Assembly: GCA_951406725.2 (NCBI GenBank)
Contig: OX597819.1
Span: 115,134,001-115,198,000, forward strand
Source: Octopus vulgaris
Lineage: Eukaryota
DNA: 64,000 nt
Reading direction: 5' to 3'
Shown here: piece after piece, positions 44,190 to 63,612 of the stretch
Position numbering within the stretch: position 1 is the stretch's first letter
How the letters are laid out: each line of letters begins with the position of its first letter
Notes under the pieces: generated by a model
Database searches by the model: none
Told to the model about the DNA's origin: nothing
What the model saw: only the letters and a program-made list of their open reading frames with translations
Translations under genes and position numbers: made by a program

Positions 44190-44638
44190 TCGGTTCAATC
44201 AGAATGAAAATTTAACATTCTACTATTTTATTTTATTTTATTTTATTCTATTATAATATATCATTATAAGATTGTAAATAAAACGTGAAAATCAGATAAG
44301 GTTGGAATTCCTTTTATTAATATATATATATATATATATATATATTCTTGTACATGCTTCAGTTTCTAGACTGCGGTCAAGCTGGGGCACAACATTGGGA
44401 GTTAAACAAATCAAGGCCAGTACTTATTTTTAGGCCTAGTAGCCATATTATTATAATTATGTGTGTATGCGTGCGTGAGTATGTATGCATGTGCGTGCTT
44501 CTGTATGTATGTATGTATGTATGTATGTATGTATGTATGTATGTATGTATTTATGATCAGTTACGAATATAACATGAAGAGCTGCTCTAAACTTTCGTGA
44601 CATTTTATAGTTTTATAGTTTGTAGCAAGAATATTATT

Positions 44639-44860
44639 CCGGTTCTATATTTAAGAGATGAGGAATTATGTACTTTATTTACATTATTTACATTCCACGG
44701 ATATTTGTCCTAATAATAACATCGAAAAATACCTTAGGAATGAGAACCCAGGTTCGAAATTTACCCTAGACACCTGAAGAAGGCTCGAGTGAATATCAGC
44801 CGAAACGTTGTGTTAACAACAAATATGATGAAGACAAATATCCGTCGAATGTAAATAATG
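44639..44860 (+). mobile_element. Short fold-back Penelope-type element carrying a hammerhead, 12-bp TSD
   Basis: TSD AAGAATATTATT at 44627 and 44861; inverted arms 44682-44709 and 44833-44860; ribozyme at 44769-44814. Confidence 0.75.
44769..44814 (+). ncRNA. Type I hammerhead ribozyme, minimal Penelope-type
   Basis: GACAC-CTGAAGA-A-GGCT-(12 nt)-AGCC-GAAA-CG-TT-GTGTT. Stems I and II pair; helix III is the palindrome AACGTT. Confidence 0.8.
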
Positions 44861-45537
44861 AAGAATATTATTGAAGTGATTTCGACGTTTCAGCCAGCAA
44901 AGATATCGGCTTTGCAGTCCAATTCGTGTTTAAACATTACACACACGGCGGGATTCCTTCAGACTCCGCCTACCAAATGCACTCACAACGCCTTGCTTGG
45001 CTCGAGGCTATAATACAGAAAAATTGTCCAAGTTTGCACGCGGTAGGACTGAACCCTGAACCAAGTGGTTTCGAAGAAAAAATGTTTGTCACCCAGCCAC
45101 AGCTGCGCCTTTATTCAAAATTTGCATGTATGTCTTTGGAAATAGGATGTTTTGAACATCCATTCTTTAGACTTGCTCTCAGAGCAGCCAACAGATTGTT
45201 GTATTGTGGTTTCTCATTATTTATTGAATAATTCAGCGATTCGTTGCCAATTGTAATGTTGCCTCTGCTCTCCTTATTAATTTCGGCATCTGTTACATCG
45301 ATTCTGCTATGGGATTCTTTGTTAATTGTCATACATGAATTTTAAATATTACCTTTCAAAACGTGGCAACATTCCTTTAATAGAAATTAGAACATCGCTT
45401 TAGTGAGTATTATGTAAAATTCTAATAATTAGATATTTTGTATGATAACATTGAAACGTTCTTTGTTGTTCTTTGCGATATTGTTAGAATATACAGCTGT
45501 TCTTTCACGAAAAGATGTTTTACTAATGAGGCTTACC

Positions 45538-45574
45538 TATAAATACCTTACTCTCCATAACGTTAGCATCAGTT
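45538..45574 (+). promoter_or_regulatory. TATA box and Inr of protease copy B (mirror ~42187-42223 on the - strand)
   Basis: TATAAAT at 45538 and TCAGTT initiator at 45569-45574, about 40 nt upstream of the ATG. Confidence 0.65.
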
Positions 45575-45613
45575 CAGCTCTTCTACGCTAGTAACTTAAC
45601 ATCTAGTGATACC

Positions 45614-52047
<6,434 letters not shown>

Positions 52048-52617
52048 GAATTACTTTGATGAAAGTATCTGTCTTTGAAGACACTTCAGCAGAACAATCT
52101 CCTCAATGTATCGAGAATGCAATAAAAATATAAAGTGATTTATCAATTTGTTGTTGTTATAATGGCACTTGGGAATGTTCAACTATTTCACTGTGTGCAT
52201 TTTTGTGGTGGATAATTCCATATTGGAATCATATTATGCCTGCACTTTGTATCTCTTCTGTTGCATTACTATATTACTAGGAAAGGCAGTGAATTTTTAC
52301 TTTGTTAAATTAGAAATTATAACACTGTTTTGTAGAGTAACCACAATTACTGTTTCACAAATTGGTCATATTCCACAAATCGGTTATATTTCAAAAGCAA
52401 AACGGAATTCATCTGAAGACTGTTGAACTATGAGTTGTTATGAAATGATATTGTGAAAGCTAAAATATTTGGTACCGCCTTGAGACAATTCAAACTTCAC
52501 ATTGAGAATTGAATTCATTTCTAAGTACACACACACACACACATTTATATATAACAGAGAGAGGGAGAGGAAGAGAGTGTGTATATATATGCATGCATGT
52601 ATGAATGTATGTATATA

Positions 52618-52652
<35 letters not shown>

Positions 52653-52696
52653 GTATGTATCAAATGAAATAAAAACAGAACACAAAGGATGTCGCG

Positions 52697-52748
<52 letters not shown>

Positions 52749-53281
52749 TGACATGAGTAAAGCACTAAGTTAGCTAGCTAAGTATGGGGTTTGAAACCTA
52801 ACACTACATCACATACAATCAAGTGGAAAATAGATGAAAAGTCCACACCATATGTCAACTGATTGAAAAAAGTTAAGCTTTGCGTTGCTGAAAGATCACA
52901 GATTATTTTCAGTTCTAAGAACTCCACCGTACTGCTGAATTCTAGAGCTGAATCATTCAACGGTTGTAAATATATGGATATGTTCCCCGTGGCGAATTGT
53001 AAAATCCCACCTACACCGAATGAAGAGCTGTGCTGCTGACTCTAGGACCCTCTCCACTGGGTGTTATGTCATAAAGTTATGAGGCTGAACGGATACGGGC
53101 CTAATTCGTTTCCATTTATCTTTTTTTTACCCCTTTTCTTTTTCCGGTGTTTTTAACTTTCAATCTTTTAAAACTGCTTTCTTCTCACCTTATCTCTTAT
53201 TCTGTCGTTCTGTTTTATAATGTTACGTCCTGTGTACAGAGGTTGAGAATTGCGTGAATGCACCAAACATGTTATAAAATG

Positions 53282-55650
53282 CTTGGTTTCCAGTGTGGGC
53301 ACTTTCCACAAGCAAGTACGTCACATGTCACCCGCTTTGGAATTCTCCAATCATTCACCAAAAGATTGTGTCCTTTTCAACGTAGACAGTACTTGTACAC
53401 CATCGCCTCAATGTTCAGGACGTTTGCTCCTCTCAACAGGAGTCCACAAGGACCAGCCAACATTTAGCATGTCTCAGATATCGCCGATTCATTACATGAT
53501 TCATTATGTCTCAAATAAGTAAAGGGGTGACGTTAGCACATACGCACGGTACACAACTTTTGTTCACCTTGTGATGCCACGACGGAATCAGACACGAGAG
53601 TCAATAACTCTGAAAGAATCAGTTCGCTTCTGAAGCCCTAAAAATAGTTCGTTAACCAAGAAGCAAGAACAGCTGCCTGTGCTGCCCAAATAGACAAACT
53701 TGTCTACCAGTTTCAGTACTTTTCTTTCAACTAAGAAACCTCACAACAATCTTGTCCACTATTGTGAAACTAAGGAACATTACAGCAGTCTTGTTCCAAG
53801 TTATGCTGAATCTAAATACTTTGCAAGATGCAGAAATGTGATCCATGAGGATTCGTATATCTTCAACTATAGGATCAACTTAGTTGCAATCATCCGCATA
53901 AAGGAGGTCACAAATAAAAGACTGAAAAGCTTACCAATTCACAGCAAGTCGACGCAAGTAGAAGAGACCACCAGAAGATAAGTACCTCACATATATCCTA
54001 GAAGAGCAACCCACAACAAAAGCATGAGTTAGAGTAACAGGAAAATACAAGGTGAAAACAATTGGAGCAAGAATGTCACCTTGCTTTACAGGAATGGGTC
54101 CTGCCATGCCAGTAAGACATTAATCCACGCCTCCACCACATCATGGATTAATTTACTTACTCATACAATGGAAGCCAGACAACCATGTTTGCCGAATATT
54201 TTCCACAGGGAGGCCCTATTCACAGCCGTGTTGTCAGTCCTGCAGGATTTGTATTAACCCTCCTCACCAGGCTAGCCGATGGAGGTGGCTGTTTACTCGC
54301 CAATGATCCGAGCATGCATCAGCTCCTTCAGTTTCAAAGGAGGGCTCTATCATCTCTCTATATATATAAACGGCAGTTTGTCTGTCTGTGTGTCTGTCAG
54401 GTTGTACCCTCACCCTGACCACGGCTTTCAACCGATTCTGATGAAACTTGACACACACATAGCCCAATGTCATAATTCAAAACTAACGCAGCGAAAATTT
54501 TGAAAAGTTCCCCCAGTTCTGAAAAAAAATCGATAAATTCGACATGGGTCGAGAATGTAAGCTTTTTATATGCAACACATTTTCTACAGACTGTCTAGGG
54601 GACGCAACTCGACCTTTTTAACTCTCGGAACACGTGGGGTAAGTATCCCAAAATGTATAAAAATGTACAAAAACGGCAAAAAAGCGGGCAGCAATGTGAG
54701 TGACAACAACGAAAAAGTCAAAAGTGACCAAACTGAACAAACGAATGTAAAAGGTTTTTTGGTGCACACGACAAAAGCGGTTTATAATAAACCAAGCGTT
54801 TGCAAGTAGCGTCCGAGGACCCTTAGGGTACGTCAAAAATTTATGGTAAGACGTTTGGGGTGGTAGTTATAAAGAAAGTGTAAACAAAAAAAGTATTCAA
54901 ATAACTTGCGGCTGCAGCAGCTATTAGCAGAAGTGGCGGTGTTGGGGGTAAAGTCTCGAATGTAATTTCTTCCTGGTAGGAATTGGTTGGGTTGAATTAT
55001 CGATAGCTGTTTGATAGTTATTTGGGAGTGAAGAGAAGACATTGCAACCTACACATGCGCCTTCGTTCCTTACAGGGAAAGGACTAGATTGGGATTAGTC
55101 ATTGCCTACTAGGCTCTTACATACCCGGGCAACGCCGGGCTATGCTGCTAGTACTTACTAAATAAACAGAAGTCACTGGTCGCAGGATTGGGCATTTTTC
55201 TGGTTGTAGATGATCCTGTGATTGACACTCTTCAACAAAGTCTTGTCATCAGACTCTTGGGTCCTGAATCTTTGATAGATGTGGTAACAACAGCAATAAG
55301 TTGAATCGTGGCAAAATACCAGGTAAAAACGGAATTTGTCCTGTGGTCTTGCTTTTGTTGGTAGTTGTATCACCCCAAATCTTTACGAGTTTATCAGCGT
55401 AGTATGGAGGGGTGGTGCTCTTTCCGATAACTGGAAAGATACAATTATCCTTCCCCTCTTTAAAGGAAAGGATGTCATAACAAAGATTGGCAACCATAGC
55501 AGTGTCCCTCTAGTGTCACTTGCTGGCAAGGTCCTGACTAGTTTTATTCATACACCCCTGAAAAAATACATTGTAAATGACGTTCTAGCTAAATAGCAAT
55601 GTGTAGATGAACAATAGATGGTTTTCGCAGCAAGGCAGAAACAGAAGTGT
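53282..55650 (-). mobile_element. RTE-clade LINE fragment interrupted by a Helitron, with an inverted 5' piece
   Basis: 53282-54273 is a direct copy of 43198-44189. 55336-55596 (+) encodes NWKDTIILPLFKGKD...GNHSSVPLVSLAGKVL, the RT N-terminal region, on the opposite strand. Confidence 0.68.
54353..55151 (+). mobile_element. Non-autonomous Helitron
   Basis: Inserted between A (54352) and T (55152) with no TSD; 5' TC end, 3' hairpin CCCGGGCAACGCCGGG (55124-55139) and terminal CTAG. Confidence 0.85.
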
Positions 55651-55728
55651 TACAAGCAGAATATAATTATGTATATACATGTGTGTGTATTATATATGTA
55701 TATATCCATCTGTGTGTATATGTGTATG

Positions 55729-55817
<89 letters not shown>

Positions 55818-58800
55818 TTATATATATATATATTGTTAATATTCGCTGGGCAGCTAATTTCCACAAATGTACACAGTTTCTCTTCTCTATACCAAATCAT
55901 TATATCAGGTCTGTTGCAGTTACATTTTATTGAGATTTTTACTGGGACATTCCACGAGTACTACTTTTTGTTATAAGTGGCTAAGACTTCTACCATACTG
56001 TGGGTTCTTATTTCTTTGTCCTCGGGGTTATCCTTCCGACGGATTTCATTATAGAGTGTCCTGGCTACAACATCATGTCTCATCGATAGATAATACCGTG
56101 ATGACATTTTCGGACAACTGCTTATGATGTGGGTGATATCTTCGGTGTTAACTCCACAAAGTCTCTCATAGGTTGTCACATTTTACTGCTTTTCCTACAT
56201 TTCTATTCTCTTTGTGCATCAGGTATTTGAGTGATATTTCCTGTTCATGGATTGCAAACGCATACCCTTCAAAGTGGGAGGTAGTAATCTGGCTATTCGT
56301 CCATAATAGACTGCTATGATGATCAATGTTACTATCATCTCGGAGCTTTCTTCTAACATTTTCATACATAGTCTTCTGCTCATATATGCTCATCCTTTCA
56401 TCTGATGATACATTGCAGCAGAGTCGTGTGACTTCTTTGGGCATGTATTTAAGGTGGTCAGACAAGGAATGTTGCTCAAGGAGCTGCTTTCCAACTCTTA
56501 TGATGTCATCAGCCTCATATATGCAAACTTGGTCCAGGCATGCACTTTGAAACTTGGTGGTTAAAAGATGTTGCCGAAGGGATATGATACGACATTCAAA
56601 GGCATTATGGATCGATGTTAAGCCTCTGCTGTATGAGCGTGCCGTATGAGATTTGGTTCATCATCGAGCAGACAGCACTACTAAAAAATTCAAGGTAACT
56701 TTTCGTCGTGGCGCGCCATGAAGGAGGTTCCGCGGGTTATCCATGAATGTTTAAAGTAAGACACCGAAGGATACCTACTCTAAGTTCTCCTACTTCACAA
56801 CATTACTTAAGCTATTGTATAAATATTATTGAACAGTCGTGTTGAAATCTTACAGAACAAGCTATTAGTTGTACCTATCAAATCAATCATTTCCTTTCTT
56901 ATTCATAACACTAAAGAATATCAAATACTCTCAACCATCATGCACAATTGCGTAATTTTATCATGCACACATGACGCACAAACGTACTTAGAGAATTCAT
57001 TTCATCAACATAGCGATGTCATTTGTTATACTATTAGTAATGCTTAACGACATTTGTAGCATATCTCTTACCGCTGTCATCTTCACTAATTCTCGTATTC
57101 TACCTTATTTCTCTTTCACTTTTGCCGCCCCACTCACATGCAGAGACATGTACACACATATATTACTTCGTTGATCGTCTCTTACTCATACATACAGATT
57201 CATAACCCAACTTTTCATCATACAAGTCTGTCTTCACACGATTACCACAAATCTTGATTTCAGCGCTAATTGTAATTCCTTCATTACATAACCCGGTCCT
57301 CGGACGTAGCAGAAAATCGACAAAATTGGAGGGGTGTGCTTTTTTTCCCCCTAGTCAAATCGTTTACTCGTGAAAGAATACTATGTTACCAATGCACACT
57401 AAACCGACCGACTACCAATGTAGAATTACTGGTGCTAGTTACAAATGATTGTACTAACTACAGCCCAAAGAGATAAAGAGGAACATTTTGTCGGGATTCG
57501 AAGGGACTAAAATTAAAGACGACCGACAATACGAGGCTAATTTGATACAGAAAGATTTTGTGTCATGTCCAAAAGATATGGAACGATAAAGATGAATGTT
57601 TCTGACAGAATTATAGTTTAATCCAATTAATTAAATAGTTGATTTTATATGAACTTAAATCTGAACCTTTATAAAAACATACACACACAAGAAAATTCAC
57701 CTAAAAATATATAATTCTAAAAATGCATTCTCGGATTCTTCAATGACATAAACAAAATTCATATAGTAACATACTAAGCCACAATAAATTTCGTCTTTCA
57801 TAAAGAAAAACCCGAAAACCTTTCATTCTTGATCAAAACAAGACTCAAAACATTTTAACAAAAGCCACTCAACCATAAAATACTATTTACAAAATGAGAC
57901 CGGTATACATGGGTCTTTTGTTTGGGTTTGCTTTGTTTTTTTCGGTCAGCGTGTTGAAGAACAATATTTCTACAGTAGAAATTCTGTATTAATCAAAAAT
58001 TGTATGCATATGTATGTGTGTATCTGATTTCTAATCTGTTGATCGTCTTTTCCTATTTCTCTTTTTTACTCTATCTACACTTCTCCATTTCTACTTCTAG
58101 TGAAGACTTAACGCCCGAAACGTTTAAGTATCTCTTTCCATTAAAACATAAAGCTGATACCTTATTTATCAAACTGTGTGACTTCTGTGTTTTTTATTGT
58201 TTTTACACAAAACATACATAGAGAGAGAGGGGGAGAGGAGGTTTGCAAATGATATATATAAATATCTAAATGAAAAAAAATATTTTTCAAAAACGACATA
58301 ACGTGTACCGATTGTAAAAACAAACAGGAGACGAACAGAAAGTCCATAACCCTTCATCAGCTATCGACCAACGGTACTTTTCAGTTTCGCACCTTTAACA
58401 ATAAGACTGAATGCTTCCCAATTGGCGGTGCTCGCAAAAGAAAAAGTTTTCTTGCGTGGAATTATGGACAAAGAGCAAAGAAAACGAAACAAAACAAGCA
58501 AAATAGTAGTGCGATTTAGGACGATGGACGATGGACGAGGACAAACAGTTGATCAAAATACGGCCTTGGGGGCCAATAAAACTGGAATAGTGGGTGACGC
58601 CTAAAAATGTTTTGAACGATTGAGAACGGAGAAAGAATTTGTGAATGGTCAGCTAAGGGACCAGTCTAAGAAAGGAAGAAAAAAAGGAACTAGCCACTGG
58701 TCACATGACAACAGCAGGTGGAGAAGCAACAGAGCAAAGAAGGGGGAAGAGGATGAAGGGAAAGGAGAAAGGCTAGGAATACAAGAGTGAGAAAGTCTAG

Positions 58801-59091
58801 GAATAGAAAAGGGAGAAAGAGAGTAAGTAGTAAGGCTACAATAGAAGTGACACGGTAAGAGAATTTGGGACTGGCCAGCTCAGGAACAAGTCTAAGAAAG
58901 AAAGAAAAGGAAGAACTGGCCGATCATGTGAGAAAGCAGCAGGCAGAGGGGAAAGACCACAGAGAGAGAAAGCGACAAAGAAAAAGGGGGAGTGGATGAA
59001 AGGGAAGGAGAAAGGCTAGGAATACAAGAGGGAGAAAAGGCATCAATGGTTGTTTGTGTAAATAGTTGTGTTGTTTTCGTTGATGTTGGTT

Positions 59092-59092
59092 C

Positions 59093-59156
<64 letters not shown>

Positions 59157-59250
59157 CAGTCAGACAGTCAGACAGTCAGACAGTCAGATAGACTGACAGA
59201 CAGACAGAAATACAGATAGACAGACAGACAGACAGACAGATAGATAGATA
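59092..59250. repeat. (GATA)n/(GACA)n compound microsatellite; a second tract lies at 62201-62494
   Basis: Directly visible tetranucleotide arrays flanking the L1/Tx1 element. Confidence 0.95.
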
Positions 59251-62200
59251 TGTTTCTTTATTAGCCACACAGGGCTGCACACAGACAGGACAAATTACAA
59301 GGTAGAGCTTTTCTTTTGGGGGTAAAAAAAGGGGGTTTGGTTTTCGATCAAAAGGGATCGTAAAGGGAAAGAAAGAGGACAAAAAAGGTGGGGAATAAAA
59401 TTTAAAAAAAGAAAGGGGGGAGGAAAAAAGGGAAAGGAAGAAAAATAATTGATCAATAGGGATCGTTATTACAGAAATGTCAATATGAAGTGTAAAGGGG
59501 AGGACAGGTAAGGTTTACCAGTGGAAAGAAAAGCCTACGGAAAAGACCACGGTAACCTCGGTCAATGAAGTCACATGTTATTTCTTTTTTTCTTTTTTTT
59601 TGCAAATAAGCAACTCTCTGTATTAATGTTTACGGTTCATAGAATCACAGTCAAGGTGGCTTCGTCGTTCATACGTGCCATCTTTGCTACATTCACCCAT
59701 CTTTTTTTAAAACATTCACTAGACAAAACTTGCCTCTCTACTCTCACTTTCCTCTTCAAGTGATACTTGAAGAAGTTGATGAGAGATTGTATTAATGTTT
59801 ACGGTTCATAGAATCATAGTCAAGGTGGCTTCGTCATTCATACGTGCCATCCTTGCTACATTCACCCATCTTTTTTTAAAACATTCACTAGACAAAACTT
59901 GCCTCTCTACTCTCACTTTCCTCTTCAAGTGATACTTGAAGAAGTTGATGAGAGATTGACCAGAGAGAGGAAAGTGTTTGTCTCTAATCCTTTCAGGCGC
60001 GTCCACCAGATACATTCTTTCGCCATAGCCACAAGTATGATAAAAATAGCTCTTCCTTCCCGTTTGAAGGAAGGAGGCGTAACGATATTAACGATAGACT
60101 CGGCTGATAAACCGACACGTCCCACACGTGACAGCAGTCGTTCGACATAAGCCCAGAGGTCGGAAATTGCTGGACACTGCACGATTGCGTGCAGAGCAGT
60201 TTCGTCGCTCTGCCCACATCTCGGGCAGGTCGGCCACGTGTTTCTCGAGCCATGCCTATAGAGCTTATCCCGAACGGGTAGCGCTTCTCGGTAGCACTGC
60301 CAGGCCAGGGATCTCTGGAAGTTGTCCATAGGTCCCGGCCCGAAAGTCGTTTCAAACAGGCGGGTCAGGTACTCCTCGTCGACGCCCAGGTTTGCCCCAA
60401 GATCGTCGTCGTACTTCCCCTACACTAATCCCCTATAGAATGCTTTGGTTGTGTTGAAGTCACTCAAGGTCGACCCAGGACGGCAGAGTTGCTTGAGAGC
60501 AACGCGACACTCGCGGTGCCATTCGCCCTTCCTCGGCCTCTTTTTGATCCACGACTGCAGTTCGGTCATGGAGACGAGCTGCGGGAACGCGTGCCTCACA
60601 AACGGTGACCACACCTGTTCACCGTCGTCTACATAGAGCCGGAGATGTCGCAGTCTCAGCGCGTGTGTGCGCATCATCAACCACGGCATGCCCAGCCCTC
60701 CTTTTAACGGGTGTTGACAGCAAATGTATCGCCTGACCATCGGGACGCATCCTTTCCACAAGAAGCGGAAGAGAATGCGTTCTAGTTTGGTGATGGTAGG
60801 ATCAGGACAAGGTACGACAGTCAGGCGGTAGTAGATGATAGACGCGATGTACGTGTTCGCCACCTCCGCCCGACCTTTAAGGGACAGCTTCCTCTCGGCC
60901 AATTGCCGGGCGAGGGTGACCACCCTACTCGTTATCTCGTTCCAGTTCTTCTCCATTTGGAGGTCCGGACCGAACCAGACCCCGAGCAACTCAACCGGGC
61001 CGTCTGTCCAGCGTCCCACGACGGAGGTACTGGTGGACGGCATGGGCTTGCTTCTCCAGGTGCCGATCCGCAAGCCCACTGACGTTTCCCAGTTGATTAT
61101 TGCTCCTGTCACCGCTTCGTAGTCTTTCAGTGTCTCTCCGACCTGCTCGGTGTGCTTGTGGCTTGACACTATGACTGTGACGTCGTCCGCGTATGCAGAC
61201 ACGCTCGTCCCGTATCCCAATTCTTGCGGGATGCCCCTCAGAATCGCCAGCTTCCGCAGTAGTGGCTCAAGAGTCAATACGTATAGAAGCGACGAGAGGG
61301 GGCATCCCTGACGGACCGAACGTGCAATGTCGAAAGGTCTCGATAGATGTCCATTTACGCGAATTACCGAACGGATGCCTCTGTACAAGGCAGCTATCCA
61401 GTCGCGGAAGACAGGACCGAAACCAGCCGCTCTCAGGACTGCCTCCAAGTATCGATGGTCTACCCTATCGAAAGCTTTCGATTGATCCAAGTTGATCAGG
61501 GCCCCACCCATGCCAGGTTCCTTAACTACTCTGTCTATGATGTAGCGCATCAGATGGAGGTTGTCATGGATGCTCCGGTCCGTCACGGCGCACGTTTGAG
61601 CGTTGTCGACCAGTTTCTCGATGACAAGCGCCAACCTCTTGGCTAACACCTTTGTCAAAATTTTCAGGTCTGCATTGAGCAGAGTGATTGGTCTAAAGTT
61701 ATCTATAATGTTCCCCTTGATTGGATCTTTCTTCAGCAGCGTTACGGCTCCTCGTTTCACAAAACCAGGTATGCTCCCGTTTTGCTGCCAGTTGCAGTAT
61801 ACCGCTGCCAAGACGTGTCCAAACAAGTCTGGCATACAATTGTAAAACTCGTAGGGCAGACCATCCAAACCCGGCGATTTGTCCCTCGAGCATTCTGCCA
61901 TCGCGTCCCGCACATCCGCCGCCGTGATGGCACCTTCGCAGCACTCTGCCTCTCTTGCCGAGAGTCGTGGTAGGCTGTGCAGGTAAGCACTGAAGTCCAC
62001 CCTGTGTTCACGCTCGCCACTCGTCCCGTACAGTCGGACAAAGTGCCGCTGAAATGTCTCGCACATGTTGCTGGGCTCGAGCAATTCGCGCCCTTGTTCA
62101 TCTACCAGAGACCGAATGGTGGCTTTGTTGCCCTGCTGCGCCTCCGCCAGCCGGGCCTCCCTCGCGGCTCCAACAACTTCCATCCTTAGAGCACGCATCG
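59251..62200 (-). mobile_element. 5'-truncated L1/Tx1-clade LINE (RT plus C-terminal zinc finger)
   Basis: RT motifs KSPGLDG, NFRPITLLNADLKIL, DQSKAFDRV, RQGCPLS, YADD in ORF 60420..62198. One in-frame TAG at 60420-60422, then CPRC-x8-H-x4-C (59925..60329); frameshift near 59960; AATAAA just before the 3' (ATCT)n; 169-bp tandem duplication at 59619-59958. Confidence 0.9.
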
Positions 62201-62224
62201 TAGATAGATATATGGATGGATAGA

Positions 62225-62255
<31 letters not shown>

Positions 62256-62257
62256 GC

Positions 62258-62303
<46 letters not shown>

Positions 62304-62410
62304 TCCGACAGTCAGACAGACTGACAGACAGACAGAAATACAGATAGACAGACAGACAGACACACTGACAGACAGATAGATAGATAGGTAGATGGATGGA
62401 TGGGTGGATG

Positions 62411-62470
<60 letters not shown>

Positions 62471-63095
62471 CATAGATAGATAGATAGATAGATACTAAAG
62501 TACTGAGTTAAAGCAAACAATTAGGCAATGCAGGACAAGGACATTTAATTTCATTTACTTCGATCTAAAATTTAGCTACATAACGAATGGTAAAAATAGT
62601 ACAAAATAGTAAAGAGAGTCTCTGGCAGCTGTCTCTGAAATATCCCAGCTATTAGCGCATTGTCTTGAACGAAGACTCTGTAACTTGGGTATCCTGTCGT
62701 CGGAGAAATATAGACTAGACAGCGATATTTGTGGAAGTTCTTTATATCCAGGAGGATGAGAGGGTTCATCTAGATCCAGTTAGATTAGGTCTTCTTTAGG
62801 TAAGTCAATGATCAGAAAGAATGGTCAAGTAACACAGCATAGAGAGGAGAAAGAATTGTTATGCAGTTCTCCATATTGAGGGAAAATGAAGATGAGTGTT
62901 AGTAGATCCAAAGTTGTAGAATTTTAGTGGCACATGTATTTGAGCCCTCAGAACGTATACCCATTAATTTGAGTCATCCTGACGAAAATTCTGCATATCC
63001 TCTCTATATATAGATATAGATACGTGTGTGTAAGTGTATGTATATAACACCCACCACTACCACAAATTATTTAGAAGCGAAATAACAAACAACTA

Positions 63096-63609
63096 CCGTA
63101 AATCCTCGAGTATAGTCCGCCCTTCAGTATAATACGCAGAGAATTTTTAGGGGGCTGTACTTCTGAAAAACCTTGTGTATAACACGCACCACTTCTCTAA
63201 CTTGAGTCGTGCGTAATTAAGCCAGCAGCACCTAGTCGAACAAACACTTCCGTGCATGAGTAATACAATAATGGTGATGTTCTTAACTGTTATATGGGAA
63301 TGTAAAAATGTTTGCAAATTGTTTTTGTTACATGTTATTCTGTGTTCTGAATACTTTTATTTTAATAAATGTTGCTTACTGCAAGTTATGGATGATTCTT
63401 TTATGATTTCATTGCTTTCAGGCTTAGATTAAGTTATTGTGCGCCCGACATCACAAAATGCGTCTGAATAAACATTGCCGTACTGCAAATAGAGAGTCGG
63501 ACATTGCTTAGAAAATACTTTTCATTTTTAACCTCGTATATAGTACGCACTTGGGATTTTGACCTTTCAACTTTGGGGGAAAATGCGGATTATATTCGAG
63601 GATTTACGG
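63096..63609. mobile_element. Tc1/mariner-pogo type MITE
   Basis: TA|CCGTAAATCCTCGAGTATAGTCCGC ... GCGGATTATATTCGAGGATTTACGG|TA. Confidence 0.85.
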
Positions 63610-63612
63610 TAT

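Noticed and set aside
44878-44925. Minus-strand CTGCAA-AGCC...GGCT-GAAACGTC hammerhead-like string
   Set aside because: The CUGANGA box and stem I are not recognisable; too degenerate to call.
62199-62363. N-terminal extension of the 647-aa RT ORF (SVCLSIYL...)
   Set aside because: Read-through into the (TATC)n/(TGTC)n tract; the LINE itself is 5'-truncated at about 62200.
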